DNA of 64,000 nt, taken from positions 8,145,552 through 8,209,551 of the forward strand of contig NC_057718.1 in assembly GCF_004010195.1 (NCBI RefSeq), written 5' to 3'. Shown in pieces: positions 24,478 to 37,639 of the stretch. Within the stretch, counting starts at the first letter, position 1. Every line of letters starts with the position of its first letter. The notes beneath the pieces were generated by a model, which saw nothing but the letters and a program-made list of their open reading frames with translations, was not told the origin of the DNA and searched no databases. The position numbers were made by a program, and so were the translations under genes. This DNA is from Chiloscyllium plagiosum (Eukaryota).

Positions 24478-25665
24478 TCAAAGTCTGTGAGAAGATTTGT
24501 AGCTCGGGTGCTCGTTGTTGTGGTTCTGTTTGCCGAGCTGGGAATTTGTGTTGCAGATGTTTCATCCCCTGTCTAGGTGACATCCTCAGTGCTCGGGAGC
24601 CTCCTGTGAAGCGCTTCTGTGATATTTCCTCCGGCATTTTCAGTGGTTTATCTCTGCCGCTTTCGGTTGTCAGTTCCAGCTGTCCGTTGCAGTGATTGGT
24701 ATATTGGGTCCAGGTTGATGTGCTTATTGATTGAATCTGTGGATGAGTGCCATGCCTCTAGGAATTCCCTGGCTGTTCTCTGTCTGGCTTGTTCTATAAT
24801 AGTAGTGTTGTCCCAGTCGAATTCATGTTGCTTGTCAGCTGCGTGTGTGGCTACTAAGGATAGCTGGCCATGTCGTTTCGTGGCTAGTTGGCATTCATGG
24901 ATGCGGATCGTTAGCTGTCTTCCTGTTTGTCCTATGTAGTGTTTTGTGCAGCCCTTGCATGGGGTTTTGTACACTACATTGGTTTTGCTCATGCTGGGTA
25001 TCGTTCTGGTGAGTTGTTGTCTGAGAGTGGCTGTTGGTTTGTGTGCTGTTATGAGTCCTAGTGGTCGCAGTAGTCTGGCTGTCAGTTCGGAAATGCTCTT
25101 GATGTATGGTAGTGTGGCTAGTCCTTTGGGTTGCGGCATGTCCTCATTCCATTGTCTAGACTCACCAGGACGAAGGACCCGATACCCAGCATGAGGAAAA
25201 CCAATGTAGTGTACAAAATCCCACACAAGGACTGCACAAAACACTACATAGGACAAACAGGAAGACAGCTAACGATCTGCATCCATGAACACCAACTAGC
25301 CACGAAACGACACGACCAGCTATCCTTAGTAGCCACACACGCAGATGACAAGCAACATGAATTCGACTGGGACAACACTACTATTATAGGACAAGCCAGA
25401 CAGAGAACAGCCAGGGAATTCCTAGAGGCATGGCACTCATCCACAGATTCAATCAAATAAGCACATCGACCTGGACCCAATATACTGACCACTGCAGTGG
25501 ACAGCTGGAACTGACAGCTGGAAGCGGCAGATTCAAACCACTGGATGCCGGAGGAAAGATCACAGAAGCGCTTCACAGGAGGCTCCCAAGCACTGAGGAT
25601 GTCACCTAGACAGGGGACGAAACGTCTGCAACACAAATTTCCAGCTCGGCGAACAGAACCATAAC
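24478..25665. mobile_element. Penelope-like element as two inverted GIY-YIG/pseudo-LTR arms, 13-bp TSD
   Basis: Minus arm LATLPYIKSISE...NVVYKTPCKGCTKHYIGQTGR; plus arm NVVYKIPHKDCTKHYIGQTGR; AAAAGAACTTTGA at 24465-24477 and 25666-25678. Confidence 0.93.
25590..25629 (+). ncRNA. Minimal hammerhead ribozyme motif
   Basis: GCA CUGAGGA U GUCACCU-AGAC-AGGGGAC GAAA CGUC UGC; predicted cleavage after 25626. Confidence 0.72.
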
Positions 25666-25997
25666 AAAAGAACTTTGAGCATTCATCATAACCATGGTAT
25701 CCACCAGGAAGTGATCTGTATCATAGTCAGACTGAATGATGCTAGAACAATTACAGGGCTGTGGTGTAAACATGTCACTGTGGTTTGTTATTGGCTATGC
25801 TTAAGGCAAATTCCAGGACAAAACAAAGGCAAGGTGCAAAGGGAACAATTTGGCTTTAAAGAAACAGTGAAAATGATTTCTGATAAAGCATTCCATGAAC
25901 CAGTTGGAAACCAATTAAAGGCTCACATGACAGAGATGATCAAAAAGAATCTTTCAAACATGCCGATTAACCAACTAACACGGCAGTTTCAGATATA

Positions 25998-26274
25998 GAT
26001 ATAGGGAAACAGGCCCTTCGGCCCAACAAGTCCACACCGACCCGCCGAAGCGCAACCCAACCATACCCCTACACCTAACACTATGGGCAATTTAGCATGG
26101 CCAATTCACCTGACCTGCACATCTTTGGACTGTGGGAGGAAACCGGAGCACCTGGAGGAAACCCACACAGACACAGGGAGAACGTGCAAAATCCACACAG
26201 TCAGTTGCCTGAGGCAGGAATTGAACCTGGGTCTCCGGTGCTGTGAGGCAGCAGTGCTAACCACTGTGCCACCC
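25998..26274 (-). mobile_element. HE1-type V-SINE
   Basis: Ends GCAGTGCTAACCACTGTGCCACC. Confidence 0.88.
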
Positions 26275-26574
26275 AAGAGTTCCCTGAGACTTTAACTGAT
26301 AGCTAGCCAATACCTATAAAATACTAGGATGGTGTTATCACTTGAAAATCAAGTGGTGTACATTTTTATCTGTACAAGATTATGTTGCATTTAGAGCATT
26401 GAGATTGTTACATTATTGAGGCACAGCATAACCAAAAGGCTCTGAGTTAAGGAAAGCCTGCCTGAAGACAGCTTTCAGTTTGGTCTGGCTGCAGTTTGTT
26501 TCAGATCAGTGAGGGCAGCACAGCCAGGAACATCCAGAGTCAAGAAACAGAAAATATATCTCTCTCCCGATTAA

Positions 26575-26695
26575 GCAAAAACTGAAAGAGCTGCAGATGC
26601 TGTAAATCAGAAACAAAACAAGAATTGCTGGAAAAGTTCAGCAGGTCTGGCAGCATCTGAGGTGAGAAGTCAGAGTTGACGTTTTGGATCCAGGG
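26575..26695 (-). mobile_element. PLE terminal mini-element
   Basis: CTGCAGATGCTG...AATTGCTGGAAAAGTTCAGCAGGTCTGGCAGCATC. Confidence 0.65.
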
Positions 26696-27104
26696 AGCTT
26701 TTCTGGTTATGTCTCTTTCCCTACTCTCTGAAAGAGCAAAAAGACAGAAAAGCCCCATAGACTAAAATAAGGAAAGCTGATGCAACAAACTTTACTTTAA
26801 CCAGCACTCTCAATAGATCAACAAAAATTATATACCTCAAATACTGAAAGTTCACTGTATTATTGTGATCTCTGTGATATCTGAGTAGTTAGTTGAGGGT
26901 GTGAATGAGAAGGCAGTCTGTGGGTAAATTTTATTTAAGGCAAAATTGCATTATCATTTAAGTGATTAATACTGTAAGTGAAGTATAATAGTGACATGTA
27001 TACTCCCTGCATTACATTTCTATTACTTACTGTACATTTTACATTGATTATGTGGACCTCTTGATTATCTGGAATATTTGATCAATCAGCACACTCCAGG
27101 GCCG

Positions 27105-28462
27105 CATACTTAAGAGGGAAATCAGGAGGCCAAAAAGGGGACATGAGATAGCTTTGGCAAATAGGAGAATCCAGAGGGTTTTTACAAATACTTTAAGGGA
27201 CAAAAGGATAACTAGGGAGAGAATAGCATCCCTCAAAGGTCAGCAAGGCAGAGTTTGTTTGGAGCTGCAAGAGATGGGGGAAATACAAAACAAATATTTT
27301 GCATTAGTTCTTACCGTGGAGAAGGACATGGAAGATATTGAATGTGGGGAAATAGATGGTGGCATCTTGAAAAATGTTCATATTACAGAGGAGGAAGTGC
27401 TGGATGTCTTGAAATGCATAAAGGTGGATAAATCCCCAGGAGCTGATCACGTATACCCTAGAATTCTGTGGGAAGCTAGGGAAGTGATTGCTGGGCCCCT
27501 TACTGAGATATTTGCATCATCGATAGTCAGCTGAGGTGTCAGAAGACCGGAGATTGACTAACATGGTACCATTATTTAAGAAGGGTGGTAAGGACAAGCC
27601 AGGGAACTACCGACTGGTGAGCCTGATATTGGTGGTGGGCAAAAGGGAATCCTGAGGCAAGGACTGATTAGGGATAGTCAGCATGGCTGTGTGCGTGGGA
27701 AATTACGTCTCACAAACTTGATTGAGTTTTTTGAAAAAGTAACAGATGAGGGCAGAGAATAAACATGATCTATATGGACTTCAGTCAGGCGTTTGAAAAG
27801 GTTCCTCATGGGAGACTAGTTAGCAAGGTTAGATCTCATGGAATACAGAGAGAACTAGCCATTTGGATACAGAACTGGCTCAAAGGTAGAAGACAGAGGG
27901 TGGTGGTGAGGGCTGTTTTTCAGACTGGAAGCCTGTGACCAATGGGGTGCCACAAGGATCGGTGCTGGGTCCACTACTTTCAGAAAAGATTTACAAGGAT
28001 GTTGGCAGGGTTGGAAGATTTGAGCTACGGGGAGAAGCTGAATAGGCTGGGGCTGTTTTCCCTGGAGTGTCAAAGGCTGAGGGATAACTCATAAAGGTTT
28101 ATAAAATCATGAGGGGCATGGCTAGGATAAATAGACAAAGTCTTTTCCCTGGGGTGTAGGAGTCCAGAACTAGAGGATATAAATTTAGAGTGAGAGGGGA
28201 AAAATATAAAAGGAACCTAAGGGGCAACTTTTTCATGTAGAGGGTGGTATGCGTATGGAATGAGCTGCCAGAGGAAGTGGTGGAGGCTGGTACAATTACA
28301 ACATTTAAAAGGCATTTGGATAGATATATGAATAGGAAGGGTTTAGAGGGATATGGGACAAGTGCTGACAAATGGGACTAGATTAGGTTGGGATATCTGG
28401 ATGGCATGGCTGAGTTGGACCAAAGTATCTGTTTCTGTGCTGTACATCTCTATGACTCTATG
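27105..28462 (+). mobile_element. CR1/HER1-like ORF2 with internal deletion at about 27980
   Basis: VDKSPGADHVYPRILWEARE; the GVPQGSVLGP motif is joined directly to the QKRFTRML C-terminal region. Confidence 0.9.
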
Positions 28463-28507
28463 GTCCCATAGGTTAATGTGTACAAGTAGTTCATTTGATC
28501 GGTTATT

Positions 28508-28760
28508 AGAACATAGAACAGTAGAGCACAGTATAGGCCCTTCAGCCCTCGATGCTGTGCTGACCTTTTATCCTATTCTAAGATCAAACTAACCTACATA
28601 CCCTTCATTGGACTTTCTTCCATGTGCCTATCCAAGAGTTGCTTAAATCTCTCTAATGTATCTGACAGCATATTCCATGAACCCACCACTCTCTGTGTAA
28701 AGAACCTACCTCTGACATCTCCTCTAAATCTTCCTCCAATCACCTTAAAATTATGCCCCG
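28508..28760 (-). mobile_element. CR1 3' tail fragment
   Basis: AGAACATAGAAC tail; ACCACTCTCTGTGTAAAGAAC. Confidence 0.75.
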
Positions 28761-29292
28761 TGCAACATCATGTTATCATTGCTGAAATCAAAAGAACTGT
28801 GAGAAATAATGCACTAATTTGTAATCCAGAAATCTTATTTTTAAAAAAATGATTTTCGTGTCTCTACTTTGGGGCCAGAGTCCAGGGTCTTTTGACAAGG
28901 ATGTGGAGTAAGGGTAGTTCAGAAATGATAAAAGGACCAATAAAATAAGATGGCATCCTGCAGTTGGAAGAGGTGCCCTGATGGATAGAATTGGCAAATG
29001 GATTTGAGGTGGAATTACTTGACAGAACTAAGAAGGCAGAGATAATTGAAATATCGCCAAAATATCTACGACTATGAAAATACAGGAGGGACCAGGTGTA
29101 CAGAGTGGTGAGTCACGAGAGTTAGTAAGAATGAAAATGCAGCTTCAACATGAGAAAGAATTTTAAAAACTTGAGTTTGAACAAAAATGAAGAGTAACAA
29201 GTTAAAGGGTGCACTAGGGACTCATCACAAAGAGAAAAAAAAGGAATGGAGTAGGGGAATAGGAGAGAGGCAGGGAATGTCAGCTTAAAATG

Positions 29293-29556
29293 ATAGAGTT
29301 ATAGTCATAGTCATATAGATGTACAGCATGGAAACAGACCCTTCGGTCCAACCTGTCCATGCCAACCAGATATCCCAACCCAATCTAGTCCCACCTGCCA
29401 GCACCTGGCACATATCCCTCCAAACCATTCCTATTCATATACCCATCCAATCAGCCTCTCCCTATAGCTCAAATCCTCCAACCCTGGCAACATCCTTGTA
29501 AATCGTTCCTGAACCCTTTCAAGTTTCACAACATCTTTCCGATAGGTAGGAGACCA
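29293..29556 (-). mobile_element. CR1 3' fragment nested in the Gypsy remnant
   Basis: (ATAGTC)n tail and HER1-like 3' UTR; internally deleted. Confidence 0.8.
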
Positions 29557-30432
29557 AAGCAAGAGACTACAAATGTTGAGGAAAGCCCCAGACTTAATCT
29601 AAAGGCAGTAAGGAAATATCTAAACTTCTCACACCACTACTGAAATTTGAAGAATAGGATGTAGAGGTATTCTTTATGTTGTTTGATATTATGGAGTAAT
29701 AAATGAAGTGGCCAATAGAAAACTGGACACTGCTCATGCAGAGCAAGCTGACAGGTAGAGCACATGAAATTGATGCATCACTATCAGAGGAGTTATCCAT
29801 TAATTATGACACTGTTACAAAAGGGTATTCTAGATGCACGTGAATTAATTCCTGTGACGTACAGGCAAAAGTTTATAAAATTCCTTAGCCAAGCATAAAT
29901 TGAATCTGCAAGACTAAATTAAAGTCATCTTGTATGATTGATATAGTGATTAGGAGTAAATACCATGTATGTAGCATGCCAAGAACATGTTATCAAAATA
30001 AATTAAAAACTCACTACCTTTCATAATCAGAACACTTGCTGAAGAACAGAGGGTTTTAAGTGTTAGACAGGCAGCAGTAATTGCTGATCCATAAAATTAT
30101 GCCTTATCTCTATCAATCTAGTAAATCTGAGGATGGAAAACAGTAAAGGTAAGTAGCCAGGGTAAAGAAGGGACAGTTGGAATTGTCCCTCGATCTCTTC
30201 CTCAGATCAGAAAGAAAGGAAGGTGGTAAGGGCGAAGGTGAAATTTGAGCTCCAAGTGTTTCCATTGTGATTAAGTCAAACTCCTCTGATCAGAATGCTC
30301 CAAGTATCATGGGAAACCCATCAAACTTATTGGGGATCAGAAGAATGAATCTGAAAAGAGACCTCAAAAGGAAATTCCCACCAATCAAATTGTAGGTTTA
30401 ACAGGAATTACCCGATTTAAGGCAATCCAAAG

Positions 30433-30535
30433 GTTAGATTAGATTCCCTACAGTGTGGAAACAGGCCCTTTGGCCCAACCAGTCCACACCGACCCTCCGA
30501 AGAGTAACCCACCCAGACCCATTCCCCCTCTGACC
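30433..30535 (-). mobile_element. HE1 SINE 3' fragment
   Basis: TTAGATTAGATTCCCTACAGTGTGGAAACAGGCCC. Confidence 0.8.
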
Positions 30536-31524
30536 CATTGAGACCACTCTGACCAATGAACCTCAGTGCTATATTTAGGGATATGGGAGCTCTTCAAACT
30601 CTTTAGTTAGAGGAGGACATGCTTTTTCAACTAAAAGAAGTAGGAATATAACTAGGCCATTCAGCCCATCAAGTCTGCTCCACCATTCAATGAGCTCGTG
30701 GCTGATCTGATCACTCTCAGCTCCATTCTCCTACTTCTATCCCAGAACCCTTGATTCCCTCATTATTTTTCTTCCACAGAGTGCAAAGAAAGCCAGAGTC
30801 TTAAAAGGCAGGGTAAATGGAGGGTGCATACCAGTTTCATCATACAAAGTGCACTTAGAATGTGATTTATTCTCTGGCACAGTGGCATTAAAAATTGTCA
30901 AGAAATTAACTGTAATTAGTTGACATACTCCAGGGAAAGGGTTGGCTGGAGGTAAACTTATAGTTTTGTCCATAATCATGGAAAGTCCAAGTGAGGTTAA
31001 AGAGATGGAAGAGTTACATGAACATATTCCAATTATGTGGAATAATAATCTACATTTCCACAGAAATATTATCCCAGTATTTGTTCTTATATTTAGAGAA
31101 AGGACCTTGAAGGACTATTTAGGAACTATAAGGTAATGTTTAGAGATATATCTGGATTTACAATGTTAGCTAGACGTGTTTTGTGAATAAAGGACAGTCA
31201 GAACCAATAAAATTACACCCTTATTCATCAACCGCCAAAGAAAACAAGCCCAAGTCGAGACAAATATTCAATACGTGTTGAGAAATGCTTGATTGAGCCT
31301 AGTCAAAGAAGCTAGGGTTTGGTATTCATGTTAGTTCCTCAACCAGATGGACCAGCTCAATCCTGCACAGAGTAGAGGAAGGTCAATGTAGTTATGAAGA
31401 CAGATTCATACCCAGTTCCACAGGCTGCATGGATCGGGTTGGCACTTCCTCATTCCTTTCCAAGATTGATCTATTGAAGGGTGCCTTACAGCAACATGTC
31501 CACCACCTGAACTGTATAGTGTTT

Positions 31525-31745
31525 TAGACCATAAGACCATAAAAAAAATAGGAGTGGAAGTAAGGCCATTCGGCCCATTGGGTCCACTCTGCCATTTAAT
31601 CTTGGCTGATGGGCATTTCAACTCTACTTACCCACACTCACCCCGTAGCCCTTAATTCCTTGCGCGGTTAAGAATTTATCAATCTCAGCTTTGAAGACAT
31701 TTAATGTACTGGCCTCCACTGCACTCCATAGCAGTGAATTCCATG
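31525..31745 (-). mobile_element. CR1 3' fragment
   Basis: (GACCATAA)2 tail; GGCCTCCACTGCACTC...GAATTCCA. Confidence 0.75.
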
Positions 31746-31899
31746 GTTTTGAACTGTGACAAGCTGCCTTCCTCTCCCTCTGTACTAATAAGCAATGCTT
31801 CTAGAGGCTAGCAGCCTTCAAATAAACACAAAGTGAATAAACACCAGGAAGGAAATAAGATTAAGAGCCATAAGATTCATCTTATGTGAATGCATGAGT

Positions 31900-32172
31900 G
31901 GTGTGCGTATGCGTGTGTGTGTTCGTGCATGTGCATGCGTGTGTGTATGCATGCATGTGTGCGCATGTGTGTTTGCATGTATGTGTGTGCATGTGTGAGC
32001 GTGTGCACATGTGTGTGTGTATATGTGTGTGTATGCGTGTGTGTGCGCATGTATGTGTGCATGTGCGTGAGTGTGTGCACGTGTGTGTGCGTTCGTGTGT
32101 GTGTATGCGTGCGTGTGTGCAGATGTGTGTCCGTGCGTGTGCACGTGTGTACGCGTGTTTGTGTGTGTGTGT
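31900..32172. repeat. Imperfect (TG)n / alternating purine-pyrimidine microsatellite
   Basis: About 270 bp of GT/GC/AT dinucleotides. Confidence 0.95.
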
Positions 32173-32424
32173 TCTTTTGTCACAAACTTGCCAAGTCATA
32201 GGTGTCTTCGAGCTCCAAACTGAAATCCTAAAGGGTTGAAGTGCTGGAAAAGTTTGTCTGAAAGCAGAAATGATTATGTGACGTGGCTGGTAGACTTGTG
32301 AGGACAGAGTGTGGAAGAACGCAGTATCTATAAAGCATGCAGAGATGTTGTGTTGAAGACAAGCGCTGTATGAAGGCCCCGAGATGTAACTGCTAAGTCC
32401 ATGCTGCCAGTGGCTTTTTTTTTA

Positions 32425-32722
32425 AGATTCCCTACAGTGTGGAAACAGGCCCTACGGCCCAACAAGTCCACACCGACCCTCTGAAGAGTAACCACCCAGA
32501 CCCATTCTCCTACATTTACTCTTGACTAATGCACCTAACACTACAGGCAATTTAGCCTGGCCAATTCACCTAACCTGCACATCTTTGGACTGTGGGAGGA
32601 AACCCACGCAGACACGGGGAAAAAGTCCAAACTCCACACAGACAGTTGCCCAAGGTGGGAATTGAACCCGGGTCCCTGGTGCTGTGAGGCAGCAGTGCTA
32701 ACCACTGAGCCACCTTGCCACC
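32425..32722 (-). mobile_element. HE1-type V-SINE
   Basis: Near full-length reverse copy. Confidence 0.88.
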
Positions 32723-33860
32723 GATTCATGTCAAGGTTTGGTGGTAGCTACTTTCTCAGGTAAGATTAGGAGAATTGTTAGCTACATACAAATGAGACAA
32801 GGTTGGTTAATAATGAGACATGTGAGGAAATCTCTGTGATTAATATGAGTATTTACATATATATGTACATATGATATTTACATGACTTACCTTTTAGAGT
32901 TTGGATTTCAAAGTAGTGGAATATGGGTGCTATCTTTGTGAATAGTAAGTTTTTAAATAAATCAGACAGTCTTATGGAATAGTGACTTAATTCAATATGT
33001 ATCAGAGAGGAGATGACTGAAAATACCTCAAGTGTTACTGGAATAAGATGCTTATATTGTAGAGTTAGGACAGGTATAATTAACATGCAATGTCATTAGT
33101 TCGTTTTCAGTTTGGAATAATCAAGAGCTGAATGTAGTTGTGATAACCAGAGATTGAAAGTTTTAAAGGCATTTGGAGAGGCCTGATTAAGGTGAGAAGC
33201 AAGTGTAGTTTTCTCCCGTAATGGAAGTATTGTACAGCGCAGGAAAAGTACAGTCACCTCACTAGAAAAGAGGAGCTTGCACATTTTCCAAACCAAAATA
33301 GTTTGAGTGGAAATAAGCGAGTTAGTAAACGTTGAGGGAGTATAAGCTCTGTTTAATGAGTATTCACGTAAGAAAATGCCACAGTTCACTGGACTGAAAC
33401 TGGGGATTTTCAGTTAATTTGATTTGATATAATAAGGAAATTCATCAGGATTTGAGTCTATATAGTAGATAGTGGCAGGAAACAGATGGAAATATTCATT
33501 TGCGGTGTATTAAGAAATTCAAACAGCTTGGTTTTCATTTATTTCCTCTTTTGGGTTGCAAACAATTTTTCATTTCTTTTATTCACGCATGGGGCATGGT
33601 TGTCCCTGACTATGCCAGAATTTATTGCCCATCTCTTGCTGCCTTTGAAGAGGTGGGGGTGAGCTGTCTTCTTCAACTGCTGCAGTCCATGTGCTGTCGA
33701 TTGACCCACAATGTTGTTAGGGAAGGAATTCCAGGATTGTTCCAGTGACACATGGTGAGTGGCTTGGAGGAGAACTAGCAGGGGGTGGTGTTCCCATGTA
33801 TCTGCTGCGCTTTTCCTTCTAGACGGAAATGGTAGTAGGTTCGGAAGGTGCTAACTAAGG

Positions 33861-34160
33861 CTTAGATTAGATTCCCTACAGTGTGGAAACAGGCCCTTCG
33901 GCCCAACAAGTCCACACCGACCCTCCAAAGAGTAACCCACCCAGACCCATTTCCCTCTGACTAATGCACCTAACACTATGGGCAATTCATCTGACCTGCA
34001 CATCTTTGGACTGTGGGAGGAAACCGGAGCATCCGGAGGAAACCCACATAGACACAGGGAGAATGTGCAAACTCCACACAGACAATTGCATGAGGCTGGA
34101 ATCGAACCTGGGATCCTGGTGCTGTGAGGCAGCAGTGCTAACCACTAAGCCACCGTGCCG
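33861..34160 (-). mobile_element. HE1-type V-SINE
   Basis: Near full-length reverse copy abutting an L2-like end at 33580-33860. Confidence 0.88.
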
Positions 34161-35706
34161 TCCTCTGAACTAGTCAACCAAGCCACTCAGTTCACAGGCA
34201 AGTAAGGACAGGTTAATAAATGCTGAGCAAATGCCCACAGCCATAAAGGAATATTTAGAAAACTACTCTTCAGGCCCTCGAAACATTTGTTGTAGGGTTG
34301 GGTGGTTGTTTGTTTTGATTGCAATGCTTGTTTAAACGGGGTCAGATGGAGATTCACATTCAGGGCAAATTACCATCAAACACTACAATTTGAGAAGAAG
34401 GGATCCCCCAGTTAACCTGGAAATGAGGAGGAATTTGCTCCTCCAAAGCATCTTCAATCTCTAGAATACGCTCCCACGACGGGTGGGAGAAGCTGAATCC
34501 CTGAATATGTTGGAAGCACAATCCAAGAGATTTTTGGATTGATGAGGTTAAGAGTATGGCAAAAAGGCAGGAAAGTGGAGTTAAGGCCCGTGCTTTTATT
34601 GAATGGTGGAGCAGGCTGGATGGGCCGAATGGCTTACTCCTCCTTTTTTTTAATCGATGTGCACTGTTGCTGGATGCCAGTTCACCAAGCCACTGGGAAT
34701 TGAGCTGGGGAAACACAGATGTTATTACCTCATCTTCTGCAACTCCAGCAGTTTCCAGCTATTTGAAGCAAGCCTCTGACCACACGCAGACGGAACTCTG
34801 AGCCGAGACCAATACTTTGGCTGTACTCCTCCATCAATAGAGCCGACAGTGTTATAACCACTGGCTTATTCATTGCACAACACTGCCCAGTCCCCACAAT
34901 CCCCTCCCCCACCAGAGCAGGCAGCATGTGGCTCAAACCACATTTGGACTCAGTTTCTAAATATTGCAGGGAAACTCTCAGTTGTGTTTTCAGTGTGGAC
35001 CATTGTCCTGCACGTTATGGCGTGGAAAATGTTTTCTTTACCAGTGACATAACTAAGACCAGACAAAAATAAAACATATTGAATCCTCACTCCATTTGAC
35101 ATAGTCTAGCTGTCTCAGTTCCACATCCCTTTCTAATTACATTCTTCCAATCCCTCTGTGAGTTCTCTTTTTGTCCTCACAAACGCATCAAGCCTCCCTT
35201 GCCAGTCCACGTGGAAGTGAATTCCTCATTCTCTGCTCAATGATTCCCCTACCTCTCTCTTCAAAATCTGAGTCCCCAGTGACACTGCTACTCTGCCCCA
35301 ATCCTGGCTGCTCCTAACGCAACTCTCATTCCTGCTCACTTAAGTCCAAGGAATACAGACTTGAAAGGCTATAATGGACAATTGGCTTAGTCATCCTTTG
35401 CCAGTGTTTGACTGTACCACCATTTGAAACACTATTGGGTCATGTTCTATTTGCTAAATCCGAACCCTATTCCAGGATCAGCCTAAAACCCAGTTTGTTT
35501 ACCCTACTGCTTTCTTAAATCCCTCTCGCGTCACCTCCAACCTCATGTGCAAGGAGCGCAAGGACATTTTGCCAACAAGAGACCAGCTGTGTCTGTCCTT
35601 CCAACAGCCCACTTTCTATTCACTCATGGGCTGGCTGGGCCAACATTTATTACACATCCCTAGTTACCCTTGAGAAGATGACCATGAGCTGCCTTCTTGG
35701 GATTAC

Positions 35707-36058
35707 ATGGTGGCTCAGTGGTTAGAACTGCTGCCTCATAGCATCAGGGACCCAGGATCTATTCCACCCTCAGGCAACTGTCTGCATGGAGTTTGCATGT
35801 TTTCCCTGTGTCTGTGTGGTTTTCATCTGGGTTCTCCGGTTTCCTTCCACAGTCCAAAGAAAGTAGGTTTAGGCGGATTGGCAATGCCAAATTGCCCACA
35901 GTGTCCAGCGATGTTCAAGCTAGGTGGATTAGACATGGGGAAATGTAGGGTTAAAGGGATAGGTGTTGGGGTGGTTTGGGTCTGCTGCTCTTCAGAGGGT
36001 CAGCATGGACTCAATGGGCAGAATGGCCTGCTTCCACACCATAGGGATTCTATGATTC
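35707..36058 (+). mobile_element. HE1-type V-SINE (older variant), inserted in an L2-like end
   Basis: TGGTGGCTCAGTGG head, V-domain, GATTCTAT tail. Confidence 0.82.
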
Positions 36059-36574
36059 TTAAACCACTTACAGTCCATGTGGTATAGATAGACCCAGAAT
36101 GCCGTGAGGGAAGGAATTCCAGGATTTTGACCCAGTTAGACCGAAGGAACGGCGATATATTTCCAGGCTGGGATGGTGACTGGCTTGGTGGGAACTTGCA
36201 GGGGTGGGGTGTTCCCATGTATCTGCTGACCTTGACCTTCTGGATAGTAGTGACCATGAATTTGGAAGGTATTATTTCAGGTACTTTAGTAAATTTCTGC
36301 AATGGATTTTGTTGATAGTACACACTGCTGCTATTGTCCAGAGCCAGAAAGCACCACCTTTGCATATCTTTGAACTGCGATCTTTCTCTTATGTCTCAAC
36401 AATCACTTCCCAGTTCTCAGAAGATTTCATCACTTTAATGGTGCTAGATAAATATATATACACAAACTGTTGTTCTGAGCACTGCTTGGGTAAAGACATT
36501 CTTCATAAATTATTTATTTCTGGACTGAGATAAGGCCATTCCACCCTTTGAAGCCACTCTGCTGTTTGACGTTT

Positions 36575-37165
36575 CATAGAATAGAATCTCTACAGTATGG
36601 AAGCAGGCCATTTGGCCCATTGATTAGATTACTTACAATGTGGAAACAGGCCCTTCGGCACAAGTCCACACCGACCCGCTGAAGCGTAACCCACCCAGAC
36701 CCATTCTCCTACATTTACCCCTTCATCTAACACAACAGGCAATTTAGCACAGCCAGTTCACCTAACCTGCACATTTTTTTTGGATTATGGGAGGAAACCA
36801 GAGCACCTGGAGGAAACCCACGCAGACATGGGGAGAATGTGCAAACTCCACTCAGAGAGTCGCCTGAGGCGGGAATTGGACCCAGACCTCTGGCGCTGTG
36901 AGGCAACAGTGCTAACCACTGTGCCACGGTGCCACCCACATTGAGTCCATACCAACCCTCTGAAGGTCATCTCACTCAAACCCACTCTATCCCTATAAAT
37001 TTGTATGGCTAAATCACCTCGCCTGCACATCTCTGGTCTCTGGGAGGAAACTGGAGCACTCAGAGGAAACCCATGCAGACACGGGGAGAACGTGCAAACT
37101 CCACACAGACAGATAGAACCCAGGTCCCTGGTGCTGTGAGGCAGCAGTGCTAACCACTGAGCCAT
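36575..37165 (-). mobile_element. HE1 SINE with a younger HE1 SINE nested at 36624-36938
   Basis: CATTGA at 36618-36623 and 36939-36944; outer SINE resumes after 36944. Confidence 0.85.
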
Positions 37166-37639
37166 TGGGCCACCCACTGGGTTAGGGCCCTGAGCTCCAC
37201 ATTCCTGCCTGATCCCTGTTACCCTTAACTCCGTCATGTGTCAAAAATCTGCATTACTCAGCCCCAAATAAACTCAATGGGCCAGTCCCCAGCCACTGTC
37301 TGGGGAGCAGATTCCCACAGACTGAAGTTAAAGGCCTTTGAAATAGAAGTAATTCTCCTCATTTCCAGCTTATTCCTAGATTGTCTGTTAGTGGGCAGCT
37401 TATTTTGACACTGCCTTATCACAAACCCACAAATTAGGAACAGGAGTAGGCCATTTACCCCCTTCAATAAGATCATGGCTGATTTGGATACTCTCCATTC
37501 TCACGCACCCCTTGAAACCAGTCACCCTACCTTTATCCAAAATCCATCTACCTCTGCCTTAAAAATATTGAAAGACTTTTCCACTGTCTTTTGAAGAAGA
37601 GTTCCAAAGACTTACACAAAGATATTCTCCACGTCTCTG

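Larger units (their letters stand above)
28850..31430 (+). mobile_element. Decayed Gypsy-type LTR retrotransposon internal region (gag-protease-RT start)
   Basis: MKWPIENWTLLMQSKLTGRAHE (about 29703), KCFHC zinc-knuckle remnant (about 30254), IFRDMGA protease-like (30571), EPIKLHPY and RKVNVVMKTDSYPVP RT start; many stops. Confidence 0.75.

Noticed and set aside
31818..32239. His/Thr-rich and Cys/Val-rich ORFs
   Set aside because: Translations of a TG microsatellite
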